Shown here: positions 1 through 8,562 of the stretch, piece after piece | Layout of the letters: each line of letters begins with the position of its first letter | How positions within the stretch are numbered: the first letter of the stretch is position 1 | NCBI GenBank assembly: GCA_964428425.1 | Contig: CAYRYL010000010.1 | Coordinates: forward strand, 31,346-55,345 | Reading direction: 5' to 3' | DNA: 24,000 bases | Source: an uncultured Anaerolineaceae bacterium | Lineage (GTDB): Bacteria; Chloroflexota; Anaerolineae; Anaerolineales; Anaerolineaceae | Program-made: the position numbers and the translations under genes | Notes under the pieces: generated by a model | The model's database searches: none | What the model was told of the DNA's origin: nothing | Seen by the model: the letters and a program-made list of their open reading frames with translations, nothing else

Positions 1-3000
1 CATCAGGAAGTTCACCGGATGGAAGCCGGCGTTAATACCCCTGATGCCAGCCCAGACGCCGTATGTGAAGTCTTCAGCAACCAAGCTTGGCTGGATAAGG
101 CTATACTCAAAATCCGGGATTAGATTTTCCCCAGTCAACGTACCACCAGGCAGAACCACTGTGACCAAAACTCGGGTTGGGGGAACATGCTGACCGTATT
201 CCGTCTGGCGTGAGTTGTTCCAACTATTGGAAACATAGGTGCCAAAGATATCGAAGGAACTGGTGAGCGTTGAAACATTAAATGATGCTGGCGTCTTCAG
301 GGTATTGGTCTGCTGAAGCACGTATGCTCCTTCTGAACCTGAGAAGAGCTGAACCGTAACGGAAGTTGCGTTGGCGTAAACAAAATTGGTTGCTGTGAAA
401 TCAGCTGATACACCGCGCAGTACATTGTTGTTATTGTAGTAGAAGCTATCAACGTTCAGCGAGATGCCAACGATTTCGTACATGGATGCGGTCGTGTTGT
501 AAACGGTTCCGTAAGGAACGAACACGAATACATCAGGAGAACCAGGGTCAGTGTTGTACAAACCACCCTGCAGAGCAAGCTCAGGGGCCTGCAGCGCAGT
601 CAATTGGGTTGAGAACGTCACGGCTGCACCAGCTTCATCAGTTTCTATACCGCCGATGAATGTACCGCCGGTCACGGTGAGGCTATCAACTGCAGTTACA
701 CCCGCTGGATCGTACACATACTCGCGCAGAGCGTAACCAGTTTCGCTGGTGAACGTGCCGCCGCTGATGCTGATAACCATATCACCAGCGTAATCAGGAT
801 TCGTATTGACGAAAATTGCATCGCCAGATTCAAGAGAACCGTTGCTGTAAGTTCCAGGAACAGGCAGATATTGACCTGTTGCCGTAATGGAACCACCGCT
901 GATGGTCAGCGAGCCGCTCCGAACTTCGATGCCTGTGTGACCGATGATCGTGCCGCCACTGATGTCAACTGATCCAGATTGAGGTACGTAGATGGCGGTG
1001 TAGTCACTGCTGAGTGTGCCGCCGTCTATATCGATGATTGTCCCACCTAAACCTGTTGAGCCGTTGCCAGTGATTGCAAAATATACAGAGTCAATCACAC
1101 CGCCGTCAACGTTCACAGTAGAACCTTCACCAACAACACCCACACCATATAAGGCGCCTGTCAGTGAACCCTTGTCCAGTGTGAATGTTGCGCCTGCCTC
1201 AACCCAAACAGTATTGTAACCACCTGTGATCGCGCCTAAAGCGTCAACAGATGTATCTGTGATTGTAAGGTCTCCAGCTGTTGAAGTCACTTCCAAACCA
1301 TATCCACCAGTTGGGATAGTCGCAGTCTTTCCGTTCAGGTCAAGGGTTAGTTCTGTTTCGATAGTGACCGTCTCGGGGATGGCGATATCTGCCACGAGTT
1401 TAAGGTTATCGCCAGCAACAGCAGCAGCAACCGCCTGAGCCAGACTGCAATAGCCCGCGTTACTATGAGTGGTATTAATAACAGCAGGATCGAGTGTGAG
1501 TATAACGGGTGTAGTGGAAACTTCGGCTGGGATGAGGTATTGCTGTTCGAAAGTGGATAACTCAACACCTGAGAGCAGCAAAGGAATATCGCCGGCATTG
1601 CCAAGATGGGTCAGCGTAATTGTTGCCAATTTACCGCCGCCTGTGCTATCGGATTGCCCATTTTCTGCAAAGGCAATTTGGACCTTACCCGCATCAATAG
1701 CATCTCGATAGAGGAAGAAACCTCCACTGCCCAGGAAGCCGCCATTAACGAGGGCATCCAGACCCGTAATCGAGGTCTTGGCTTCGTCAAATTCGAGGTA
1801 GAGTGAATAACCCTGCAATGGGGTTGAGGCAGGGATGCCAGCAACCATAATGTCGATGGTTGAGGTTGTAACGTTTCCGCAAACCACCGAAGTCACCGGG
1901 GCGATGGTTACCGTCGCCGGCAGGAACTCGGTGCAAGCCGCATTCGCGCACCAGGGATTAAAGGTTGTCGTCCCGACAAGTTGTGCTGCCGTCGGACCAG
2001 CAATGCTGCCCCACCAGTTGGGGGTAACATCCAAAGAAGCTGTTCCTGTCCCAAGGTTTTGAACAACGATAGGATTATTTAGGAACTGGTTTTTTTCAAA
2101 GTTAACACCAGTCAAGACTGCGCCATCACTGATCCTGATAACACCCATAGTTGGGTCTTCAATGTTCGAGAAGATGTTTCCAGTCGCTGTTAATGTGCCT
2201 TTGAAACTATCATAAATACGAATGGAAGGATTAGGTAAGCCATCGAAGGTGTTGTTGGTTAGAGTCAGGGCGTTTGTGGATGCAAACAGGAAGCCTGCCT
2301 GCTCATTAGACCATTCGGTGCCATTGTCCTCAGTATCTAAAACCTGGTTGCCTGAGAAGGTTCCAGTGACGTTGTTGAAGTTGACAGCCCATGCGCCGTT
2401 ATCTTTCCAGACGTTATTCTGGATATCCACTGTATGACCATCACCCCACAGGGAGATGCCATTGGAGTCCTTGCTCCCATAGAAATAGTTGTCTTTCAAT
2501 GTCAGGGAGAATGGATTCGTTGTACCGGTGATGTACCAGTTGCCATTGATGCACGAAGGCGCATTCAGGAATTGGTTTTTCTCAACGATCATTGTGACGC
2601 CGGTCTTATTGATGGATTCCACAAACCGGTCGTTCTCATCGTTTGTGTTCCCCATATTAATGGTGAGACCCTTCATGGTCACAGAAATGTCATTGGCTGT
2701 AATCAGGATAGCTGGGTCAGCAATCCCCACTTCATCGATTGGAGCGATGATCGCTTCAGCAACCCGTGTCCCTGTGTTGGGTGAAATCGCAGCGTTTGGA
2801 CCAAGCAGGGTGATAGATTTCCCAATTTCAAGGTCCTCAGCATACGTACCAGCCGCGACCATAATCGTATCGTCAGCTGTAGCGGCATCAATTGCAGCCT
2901 GGATGGTGGTGTAAGCGAGCGATTTGGTTACATTGACGACTGGTTTCAACAGCAGCGTCTGTCCAGCACCACCGCTCAAGGTAGTGCCATTGATGATCGT

Positions 3001-4062
3001 CACACTGGCTGATTCCGTGGCAGTGGCGTGCAGAAATTCTCTCACTGCCCATGCATTAGTACTGCTAATGGATCCGCCGGTGAGATTGACATTAATCGGC
3101 CAATTATAGCCAGTTCGGGTCACAACAAAAACGCCATCACCAGAAAGAGTTGTTCCATCAGGTCCATGTACCGGGGGGTCGACTTTTGGTCCGTTGGCAA
3201 CAATACTACCGCCGGTCATATTCAGCGTTCCGGACTTAATCTCGATGCCGGTATCGGCGGTAATCTGCCCACCTGAAATGTTGAGGACACCCTGCTGAGG
3301 CTGAGAGATTCCCGTTCCTCCTGGAGCATTAATCACACCACCTGAGATATTGATTACGGTACCCCAGTCAGTGCTTGTCCCGTTGCCCATCAAGACTGGT
3401 GCCCCCACACGCCCACCAACGCCCGTAAGAAGTCCACCTTTGAGGTTAAAAGTTGCGCCATAACCCGCGACATGCACTGCCGGGTAATCGCCCGAGCTGA
3501 TGGTGCCGTCGTTTACTGTCAAGGTGGTGGTTTTTACCTCCGTGGTAGTTTGGTTGCCCCTTACAGCAATACCCATGTCTCTACCGTATATCGTTCCATC
3601 GTTGACGATGAGCGTGTTGGTTTGGTAAACGATATTCCTGTAACCAGCAGTAAATGCGCCGCCATTGATCGTCATGGTCGCGGCAGCATTAGCTTCCATC
3701 TCAAACGCCCTTCCATCAGCAGTATCAGGACTTGATACAGCGCCTCCACTTGTGGCGTTGACGGTCAGGTTTCCACCTGCCTTAACGTAAAACACCCGGT
3801 CAACGGAAGCGGTCGCGGGTTTGCTGAGTGTTTTCCCATTCAGGTCAATAGTGACAGCCCTGGTAATCACCAGTTCATTGGATAACGCTATATTGTCACC
3901 GAGAACGATCTCGGCTACAGTAGGTTCCGCTAAAGCGGCGATCAGCCCAGCTTCGGTGGTAACCTCCGTCGCCGCCTGAGCCTGCATGGTGGGTGCAGCC
4001 GCAAAGAGCAGCCCCACGACCAGCAGGAGAACAAAAAACTTGGTAAATAAATTCTTACTCAT
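1..4062 (-). CDS. Large secreted right-handed beta-helix repeat protein (partial; C-terminus beyond window start)
   Basis: Manual reverse-strand reading from ATG at 4062 after GGAGGAAATGA: MSKNLFTKFFVLLLVVGLLFAAAPTMQAQAATEV..., a signal peptide. Repeated INGGTF / ISGGTI / TLTVNDGTI beta-helix rungs, two DLNGKT modules, and a TTIQAAIDAATADDTIMVAAGTY segment typical of pectate-lyase-like folds. No stop seen in the parts of the frame I translated, including codon 3..1. Other minus ORFs in the track here lie in a different frame. Confidence 0.85.
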   Translation of the reverse strand, partial: MSKNLFTKFFVLLLVVGLLFAAAPTMQAQAATEVTTEAGLIAALAEPTVAEIVLGDNIALSNELVITRAVTIDLNGKTLSKPATASVDRVFYVKAGGNLTVNATSGGAVSSPDTADGRAFEMEANAAATMTINGGAFTAGYRNIVYQTNTLIVNDGTIYGRDMGIAVRGNQTTTEVKTTTLTVNDGTISSGDYPAVHVAGYGATFNLKGGLLTGVGGRVGAPVLMGNGTSTDWGTVINISGGVINAPGGTGISQPQQGVLNISGGQITADTGIEIKSGTLNMTGGSIVANGPKVDPPVHGPDGTTLSGDGVFVVTRTGYNWPINVNLTGGSISSTNAWAVREFLHATATESASVTIINGTTLSGGAGQTLLLKPVVNVTKSLAYTTIQAAIDAATADDTIMVAAGTYAEDLEIGKSITLLGPNAAISPNTGTRVAEAIIAPIDEVGIADPAILITANDISVTMKGLTINMGNTNDENDRFVESINKTGVTMIVEKNQFLNAPSCINGNWYITGTTNPFSLTLKDNYFYGSKDSNGISLWGDGHTVDIQNNVWKDNGAWAVNFNNVTGTFSGNQVLDTEDNGTEWSNEQAGFLFASTNALTLTNNTFDGLPNPSIRIYDSFKGTLTATGNIFSNIEDPTMGVIRISDGAVLTGVNFEKNQFLNNPIVVQNLGTGTASLDVTPNWWGSIAGPTAAQLVGTTTFNPWCANAACTEFLPATVTIAPVTSVVCGNVTTSTIDIMVAGIPASTPLQGYSLYLEFDEAKTSITGLDALVNGGFLGSGGFFLYRDAIDAGKVQIAFAENGQSDSTGGGKLATITLTHLGNAGDIPLLLSGVELSTFEQQYLIPAEVSTTPVILTLDPAVINTTHSNAGYCSLAQAVAAAVAGDNLKLVADIAIPETVTIETELTLDLNGKTATIPTGGYGLEVTSTAGDLTITDTSVDALGAITGGYNTVWVEAGATFTLDKGSLTGALYGVGVVGEGSTVNVDGGVIDSVYFAITGNGSTGLGGTIIDIDGGTLSSDYTAIYVPQSGSVDISGGTIIGHTGIEVRSGSLTISGGSITATGQYLPVPGTYSNGSLESGDAIFVNTNPDYAGDMVISISGGTFTSETGYALREYVYDPAGVTAVDSLTVTGGTFIGGIETDEAGAAVTFSTQLTALQAPELALQGGLYNTDPGSPDVFVFVPYGTVYNTTASMYEIVGISLNVDSFYYNNNNVLRGVSADFTATNFVYANATSVTVQLFSGSEGAYVLQQTNTLKTPASFNVSTLTSSFDIFGTYVSNSWNNSRQTEYGQHVPPTRVLVTVVLPGGTLTGENLIPDFEYSLIQPSLVAEDFTYGVWAGIRGINAGFHPVNFLM

Positions 4063-4210
4063 TCATTTCCTCCAATTTGTGTATCAATGATTGATTGTGT
4101 CCCGGCGTTCGGCGCCGGCTCCCGCCCTGCTGTAAAAATGTAGCCCTGGCTATTTCTCCATAACCCTCCCCAAATAGAAAGATTTTGTGGCGCTTCTTGA
4201 TTTGTGGAAT

Positions 4211-4245
4211 AAAAAACCCGCGCGGCACGATCGCCCTGCGCAGGG
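4211..4245 (-). terminator. Rho-independent-terminator-like hairpin within the leader of the beta-helix gene
   Basis: Minus strand CCCTGCGC-AGGGCGATCGTGCC-GCGCGGG followed by TTTTTT; the stem has one bulged base. Confidence 0.4.
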
Positions 4246-4369
4246 AATTGAACAAAAAGTTTAGTGGTGGCGGTTGGCGCGCATGACACACACCAAGCCA
4301 GCCTGCGGCTTTTGGTCGTAGTCCCCTGGGATTGTTTGGAAGTCCCAGCCTTTTCTGGCGTGATCCCTC

Positions 4370-4450
4370 TCAACACGCCACCGTTCGATTCGCGAAAACT
4401 ACCGCGCTCAGGCGTGTTTTTTGCATCTCTACGGTCTTCATTTGTGCCAT
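4370..4450 (-). CDS. Possible 26-aa leader peptide MAQMKTVEMQKTRLSAVVFANRTVAC
   Basis: Minus-strand ATG at 4450 preceded by AAGGAGACA; TGA at 4372..4370; lies between the predicted promoter and the terminator-like hairpin. No homology evidence. Confidence 0.2.
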   Translation of the reverse strand: MAQMKTVEMQKTRLSAVVFANRTVAC

Positions 4451-4679
4451 TGTCTCCTTAAGCCTCCCCCGAGGTCTCCCCCAGGGCTTACCTTGACTTT
4501 GTTTTATCGCTTCCCTCCGGCGGTCTGGCCCACTCTGCCGGCGCGGATGCGCTTAGTCCCTATTTACGTGCTGTTTACGTGCCCTCTGCCCCTCCACCCT
4601 TCGCGATTCTTGTACTGAATATTGTATCGTTTGGGGGAATTAATTGGGTGTGGATAACGCTGCTCGTTAGAGTGTTTAG

Positions 4680-4707
4680 ATTATAGCACGGTATTTATCT
4701 GATGCAA
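4680..4707 (-). promoter_or_regulatory. Sigma70-type promoter directed at the beta-helix gene leader
   Basis: Minus strand TTGCAT (4707..4702), 16-nt spacer, perfect TATAAT (4685..4680). Confidence 0.5.
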
Positions 4708-4917
4708 GAAACTGATGCCTTTATTCGGAATTTTTTAGATTCTCCTAATGGGGGTGCATCGGGGTTTTTGGAACGCCCCACCCATATGTGGGGGGCAATC
4801 CCGTGGCATTCCTGTAGGGCAGGATGCCTGGTAGGGAGGGGGTCATGATGCTGGGACCAAAGCGAGCAGTACTCGTCTCCCTCCGCAAATAGCACTTGCC
4901 AAATTGTGGCAGACCTA

Positions 4918-5089
4918 CTGTCACTGCGAGGAACGAAGCAATCTAAAATATACGCCTTCAGGACCGTTTGCAGTCAGCACGGATCAGATCCTCTCCGCTT
5001 TGCGCATATTTTCTGTAACCCGTATTCCTGCATCGTTCGAAGTAATCCGGCATTGTAGATTGCTTCGCAAAGGAAGCTCGCAATGACAG
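4918..5089. repeat. MITE-like element copy A (172 bp)
   Basis: Left end CTGTCACTGCGAGGAACGAAGCAATCTA and right end TAGATTGCTTCGCAAAGGAAGCTCGCAATGACAG are near-perfect inverted repeats. Confidence 0.75.
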
Positions 5090-5125
5090 ATAACGACAAG
5101 CACTTGCCATATTGTGACAGACCTA

Positions 5126-5185
5126 CTGTCATTGCGAGGTACGAAGCAATCTAAACTCTTTGCCTACAGGAACATTTACAGTCGC
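5126..5185. repeat. Partial (left-end) copy C of the same MITE-like element
   Basis: CTGTCATTGCGAGGTACGAAGCAATCTAAACTCTTTGCCTACAGGAAC matches the left end of copies A and B; no right terminus found nearby. Confidence 0.6.
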
Positions 5186-5248
5186 TGCAATTAATGCCTT
5201 CCCCTCTTTTTGAGAACTGCCTCTCAGGAAGCCCCCCAGCATCCGTAC

Positions 5249-5536
5249 TTACCAATCAGCTGAAAGATCTATCCAATTCGGATTTTGCTGTTCAATCATC
5301 GCAATCTTCCCGGCACGACTTCCACCCTTAATCCTTTTTTCCTCTGCAATGGCACTGTACACATCATCCATCTCAGCATAATACACCAGGTACCTCGACA
5401 TATATCGCGATGTGAACCTCCCACCCTGACCACTTTTATGCTGCCATACACGCTGGCGTAAATTGCTTGTTATGCCAGTGTACAAAGTGTGGTGAGAAGT
5501 GTCGGTCATGATGTAGACGTAGTATGTCTTGGCCAT
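5249..5536 (-). CDS. GIY-YIG nuclease superfamily small protein (YhbQ/UPF0213-like)
   Basis: MAKTYYVYIMTDTSHHTLYTGITSNLRQRVWQHKSG...; YVYI...LYTGIT spacing and R..QHK are family hallmarks. Confidence 0.85.
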   Translation of the reverse strand: MAKTYYVYIMTDTSHHTLYTGITSNLRQRVWQHKSGQGGRFTSRYMSRYLVYYAEMDDVYSAIAEEKRIKGGSRAGKIAMIEQQNPNWIDLSADW

Positions 5537-5599
5537 ACGCGTATTTTACCGTAGCGGATGTTTTTATCCGGGATTAAAATTAATCTGTTAATCCTTTTT

Positions 5600-5771
5600 C
5601 TGTCATTGCGAGGAACGAAGCAATCTAAACTATATGCCTTCAGGATCATTTGCAGTCACCACGGATCAGATCCTCTCCGCTTCGCGATTTACCCATGCAA
5701 TCCTTTTGCCTTCAAAGTATCCGGTATAGCCAGAATCTAGATTGCTTCGCAAAAAATGCTCGCAATGACAG
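5600..5771. repeat. MITE-like element copy B (172 bp)
   Basis: CTGTCATTGCGAGGAACGAAGCAATCTA ... TAGATTGCTTCGCAAAAAATGCTCGCAATGACAG; same length and strong left-half identity to copy A. Confidence 0.75.
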
Positions 5772-6211
5772 ATCTCTAGACCCCCAACTCGACTTGAATA
5801 ATCAGAACATTTGTGCTATTCTATACCCGCATGTTTCTTTTCTCAAAAGGTCGCACCTTAACAAATAGGTTTTTCCGCTCAATCCGCCCGCCTGCGCTAT
5901 CAAAAAACACCGGAAATAGCGGAATTAGTGGAAAAACCTCAACCAGGAGCATAGTGAAATCCTCCCCCTTTGGTTCTTGCGAGTCCCCCGGATCCCGTAA
6001 GCTGGGTTGAGGGTAAGGTAAAACGCAAAGGGTAATAATATGCAAAAATGCAACAAAAAACCGAAATTGCAAAGATCCTACCATTCCGCCCTATCAAAAA
6101 ACATTGCAATTCTTGCATATCTTGCAAATCAAAGCGCAACTCCAATCCCCGCAATCCGCCTACGGGTATAATTACCCCATCCAATCATCCATCATTCCCA
6201 GGAGGCGCACA

Positions 6212-7504
6212 GTGAAATCCGATCAAATGAAGACTTTCAACTACTCCATCGGCATGTTCGGCACGTCCATCCCCATCAACCTGCTCAAAACCTTTGCCTT
6301 CGCCTATTACGTCGACACCCTCGGCGTCACCACCACGCAATGGGCGACAATCATGCTGATCTACACCTTCATCGACGCCGCCGACAACCTCGTCTACGGC
6401 TTCCTCTCGGATCGCACCCGCACAAAATGGGGTCGCCGCCGCCCCTGGCTCGTAATCGGCACCCCGCTGCTCGTCCTCAGCCTGATCCTCTTCTATAGCA
6501 CCCCGGCAGGGCTCGAAGCCAACGCGCTCTACATCTACGCCATGCTCTTCTACATCCTGGCTGGCACACTCGACTCGGTCATCAACGCCAACTACGGCGC
6601 GCTCTTCCCTGAACTCTTCACCACCGATGTCACCCGCGCCAAAGCCAATGCGCTGCGCCAGGCATTTCAACTGGTGGCAATGATCATCAGTATCGCGTTG
6701 ACGCCGGTGGTGGTGGATAAGCTCGGCTGGTCCATGACCGCGATCGTCTATGGGCTCCTCGGCGGGGCGGTGATCCTGTACATGGCGCTCACCAGCCGCG
6801 AGAAACCGGTCACCGAAGAAGAAAGGAAACCGCAACTGTGGGATAGCGTCAAAACGCTGCTGACGAACAAGAAGTTCTGGATCGCGGGCATCACCAACGC
6901 CTTCTACAGCGCCGGCATGTCACTGGTGATGGCGGGGCTGCCGCTCTATGCCAAGTACACGCTCGGCATCAGCAGCGGGCGGCAGTCGCTGCTTTTTGGC
7001 GGGGTGCTGCTGGTGGCGATTGGCTCGGTGGCGGTTTGGGCAAACTGGGTCAAGAAATATGACCTGGTGATGGTCTGGCGCTTTGCCATTGCGGCGCTGG
7101 CGTTGGCGTACATCCCGCTCTTCTTCGCCAACAGCTTCTATGTGGCGCTCGGCTGCGCCATGCTGGTGGGGTTTGGCTTCGCCGGCGTGATCACGACCAT
7201 GGACTTGATCCACTCCCGCATCATGGATGAGGATCAGGTCAAGCACAACGTACGGCGCGAGGGGATCATCAGCAACGCGCTGGGGTTCATGAACCGCCTG
7301 AACGGGCTGTTCACCAGCGCGGCCTACGCCCTGCTCGGCGTCCTGTTTGGATATGTTTCGGGCGAAGTCCCCGGCCCGCAGCCTGGCACCGCCGCGCGCT
7401 ATTTGCTGACCATCTTCCCGCTGGTGATGATGGTCCTGAGCCTGGGCTTTTCCTTCCTCTCAGACTTCAAACGCATCCCCCTGGATACGAGGGAAGAGGA
7501 ATGA
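6212..7504 (+). CDS. GPH-family (MelB-like) sugar:cation symporter, MFS
   Basis: GTG start at 6212 preceded by AGGAGGCGCACA; MKTFNYSIGMFGTSIPINLLKTFAFAYYVDTLGV...DAADNLVYGFLSDRTRTKWGRRRPW is characteristic of GPH symporters. The track ORF start at 6104 is probably too far upstream. Confidence 0.85.
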   Translation: MKSDQMKTFNYSIGMFGTSIPINLLKTFAFAYYVDTLGVTTTQWATIMLIYTFIDAADNLVYGFLSDRTRTKWGRRRPWLVIGTPLLVLSLILFYSTPAGLEANALYIYAMLFYILAGTLDSVINANYGALFPELFTTDVTRAKANALRQAFQLVAMIISIALTPVVVDKLGWSMTAIVYGLLGGAVILYMALTSREKPVTEEERKPQLWDSVKTLLTNKKFWIAGITNAFYSAGMSLVMAGLPLYAKYTLGISSGRQSLLFGGVLLVAIGSVAVWANWVKKYDLVMVWRFAIAALALAYIPLFFANSFYVALGCAMLVGFGFAGVITTMDLIHSRIMDEDQVKHNVRREGIISNALGFMNRLNGLFTSAAYALLGVLFGYVSGEVPGPQPGTAARYLLTIFPLVMMVLSLGFSFLSDFKRIPLDTREEE

Positions 7505-7787
7505 TCTTGGCTATCCCCTCCGGGAAATGTTTTTCCGTAGGCCGGACCTTGTCTTTTCGTAGGGCGGACATCGGGCCTTATGGGTATTGCGGTTTTCAAT
7601 TCGGCTTCCTTTTTCCAGCGATGGTAATTATTTCCACCCCCACCGATCGCTTTGCTCTCGGACCCCCTCTGAAGAGGGGGTTAATTGAGTTACCCCCTCC
7701 GTTGGAGGGGGACGGTAAAACCGGGGGGTGGTTGCGTGAAATTGTTTGAACTGGAAATGTAAGCAATTTAAATTGAAAGGACCCAAC

Positions 7788-8555
7788 GTGGCGCTAATAC
7801 AAATCGATCATGACTCTGATAAAGTAGGGGTTAATCTGCCCCTCAATCTCATCCTGCCGGATGACCTCACCAACGGCGGCAAGCCGCTTGAGGAGCGCAA
7901 GGTGCTCTACCTGCTGCACGGGCTTTCAGACGACGCCTCCGCCTGGCAGCGCTACACCAACATCGAGATCCTCGCCCGCGCGCACGGCTTGGTGGTGGTG
8001 ATGCCCACCGCCGGGCGCAGCTTCTACGCCGACATGGCGAACGGGCAGGCTTACTTCAGCTACATCACCGAAGAATTGCCCGCCTGGCTCGCGGCGACCT
8101 TCCGCATCTCGAGCGCGCGCGAGAACACCTACGTCGCTGGTCTCTCGATGGGCGGTTATGGCGCCTTCAAAGCTGCCTTTCTGCGTCCGGACCTCTACGC
8201 CGCTGCTTGCAGCCTCTCAGGCGTGCTGGCGCTCAACATATTTTTCGCACCGCCAGACAAGGTGGAAAACCCATCGCTGATGCACGAGTTTGGCATGATC
8301 TTCGGCGGACTGGAAGGGCTATCGGGGAGCATGCACGACCCGATGACCTGGCTGAAGAACGCCGCCGCGAACTCCACCCCCCTTCCCCGGCTCTACGCCG
8401 CTTGCGGGCTGGAGGACGACCTGCTCCCGCTCAACCGGCTGTTCGCGCACGCGGCAGCGCAGGTTGGCGTGCCGCTGCATTACCAAGAGGAAACTGGCGG
8501 ACATGAATGGATCTTCTGGCAGCGGCAAATTGAGAAGTTTATTTTAGCTATATAA
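7788..8555 (+). CDS. Esterase of the esterase D / tributyrin esterase (EstA) family
   Basis: GTG start at 7788 after GAAAGGA; VLYLLHGLSDDASAWQRYTNIE..., nucleophile motif GLSMGGYGAFKAA, catalytic His context TGGHEWIFW. Confidence 0.85.
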   Translation: MALIQIDHDSDKVGVNLPLNLILPDDLTNGGKPLEERKVLYLLHGLSDDASAWQRYTNIEILARAHGLVVVMPTAGRSFYADMANGQAYFSYITEELPAWLAATFRISSARENTYVAGLSMGGYGAFKAAFLRPDLYAAACSLSGVLALNIFFAPPDKVENPSLMHEFGMIFGGLEGLSGSMHDPMTWLKNAAANSTPLPRLYAACGLEDDLLPLNRLFAHAAAQVGVPLHYQEETGGHEWIFWQRQIEKFILAI

Positions 8556-8562
8556 ATGCTAT

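Noticed and set aside
551-2914. Plus-strand ORFs (551..736, 1835..2062, 2489..2914 and others) over the left region
   Set aside because: Antisense to the large beta-helix frame. Their Val/Thr/Ser/Pro-rich composition is the expected mirror of the repeat-rich gene.
4059-4376. 105-aa minus-strand ORF upstream of the beta-helix gene
   Set aside because: Low-complexity, no domain-like features, ends over the start of the real gene, and crosses the terminator-like hairpin. Treated as leader DNA.
4891-5771. Possible CRISPR array from repeated GAAGCAATCTA motifs
   Set aside because: Only a few copies, irregular spacing, inverted as well as direct orientation, and no cas genes. A MITE-like element fits better.
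6185-6835. 216-aa minus-strand ORF rich in His/Gly/Asp/Glu
   Set aside because: Antisense to the GPH symporter, with a composition typical of a reverse-frame artefact. Same reasoning for 6920..7246.
8207-8506. 99-aa plus-strand ORF inside the esterase gene
   Set aside because: Arg/Ala/Pro-rich out-of-frame overlap with a well-supported esterase.
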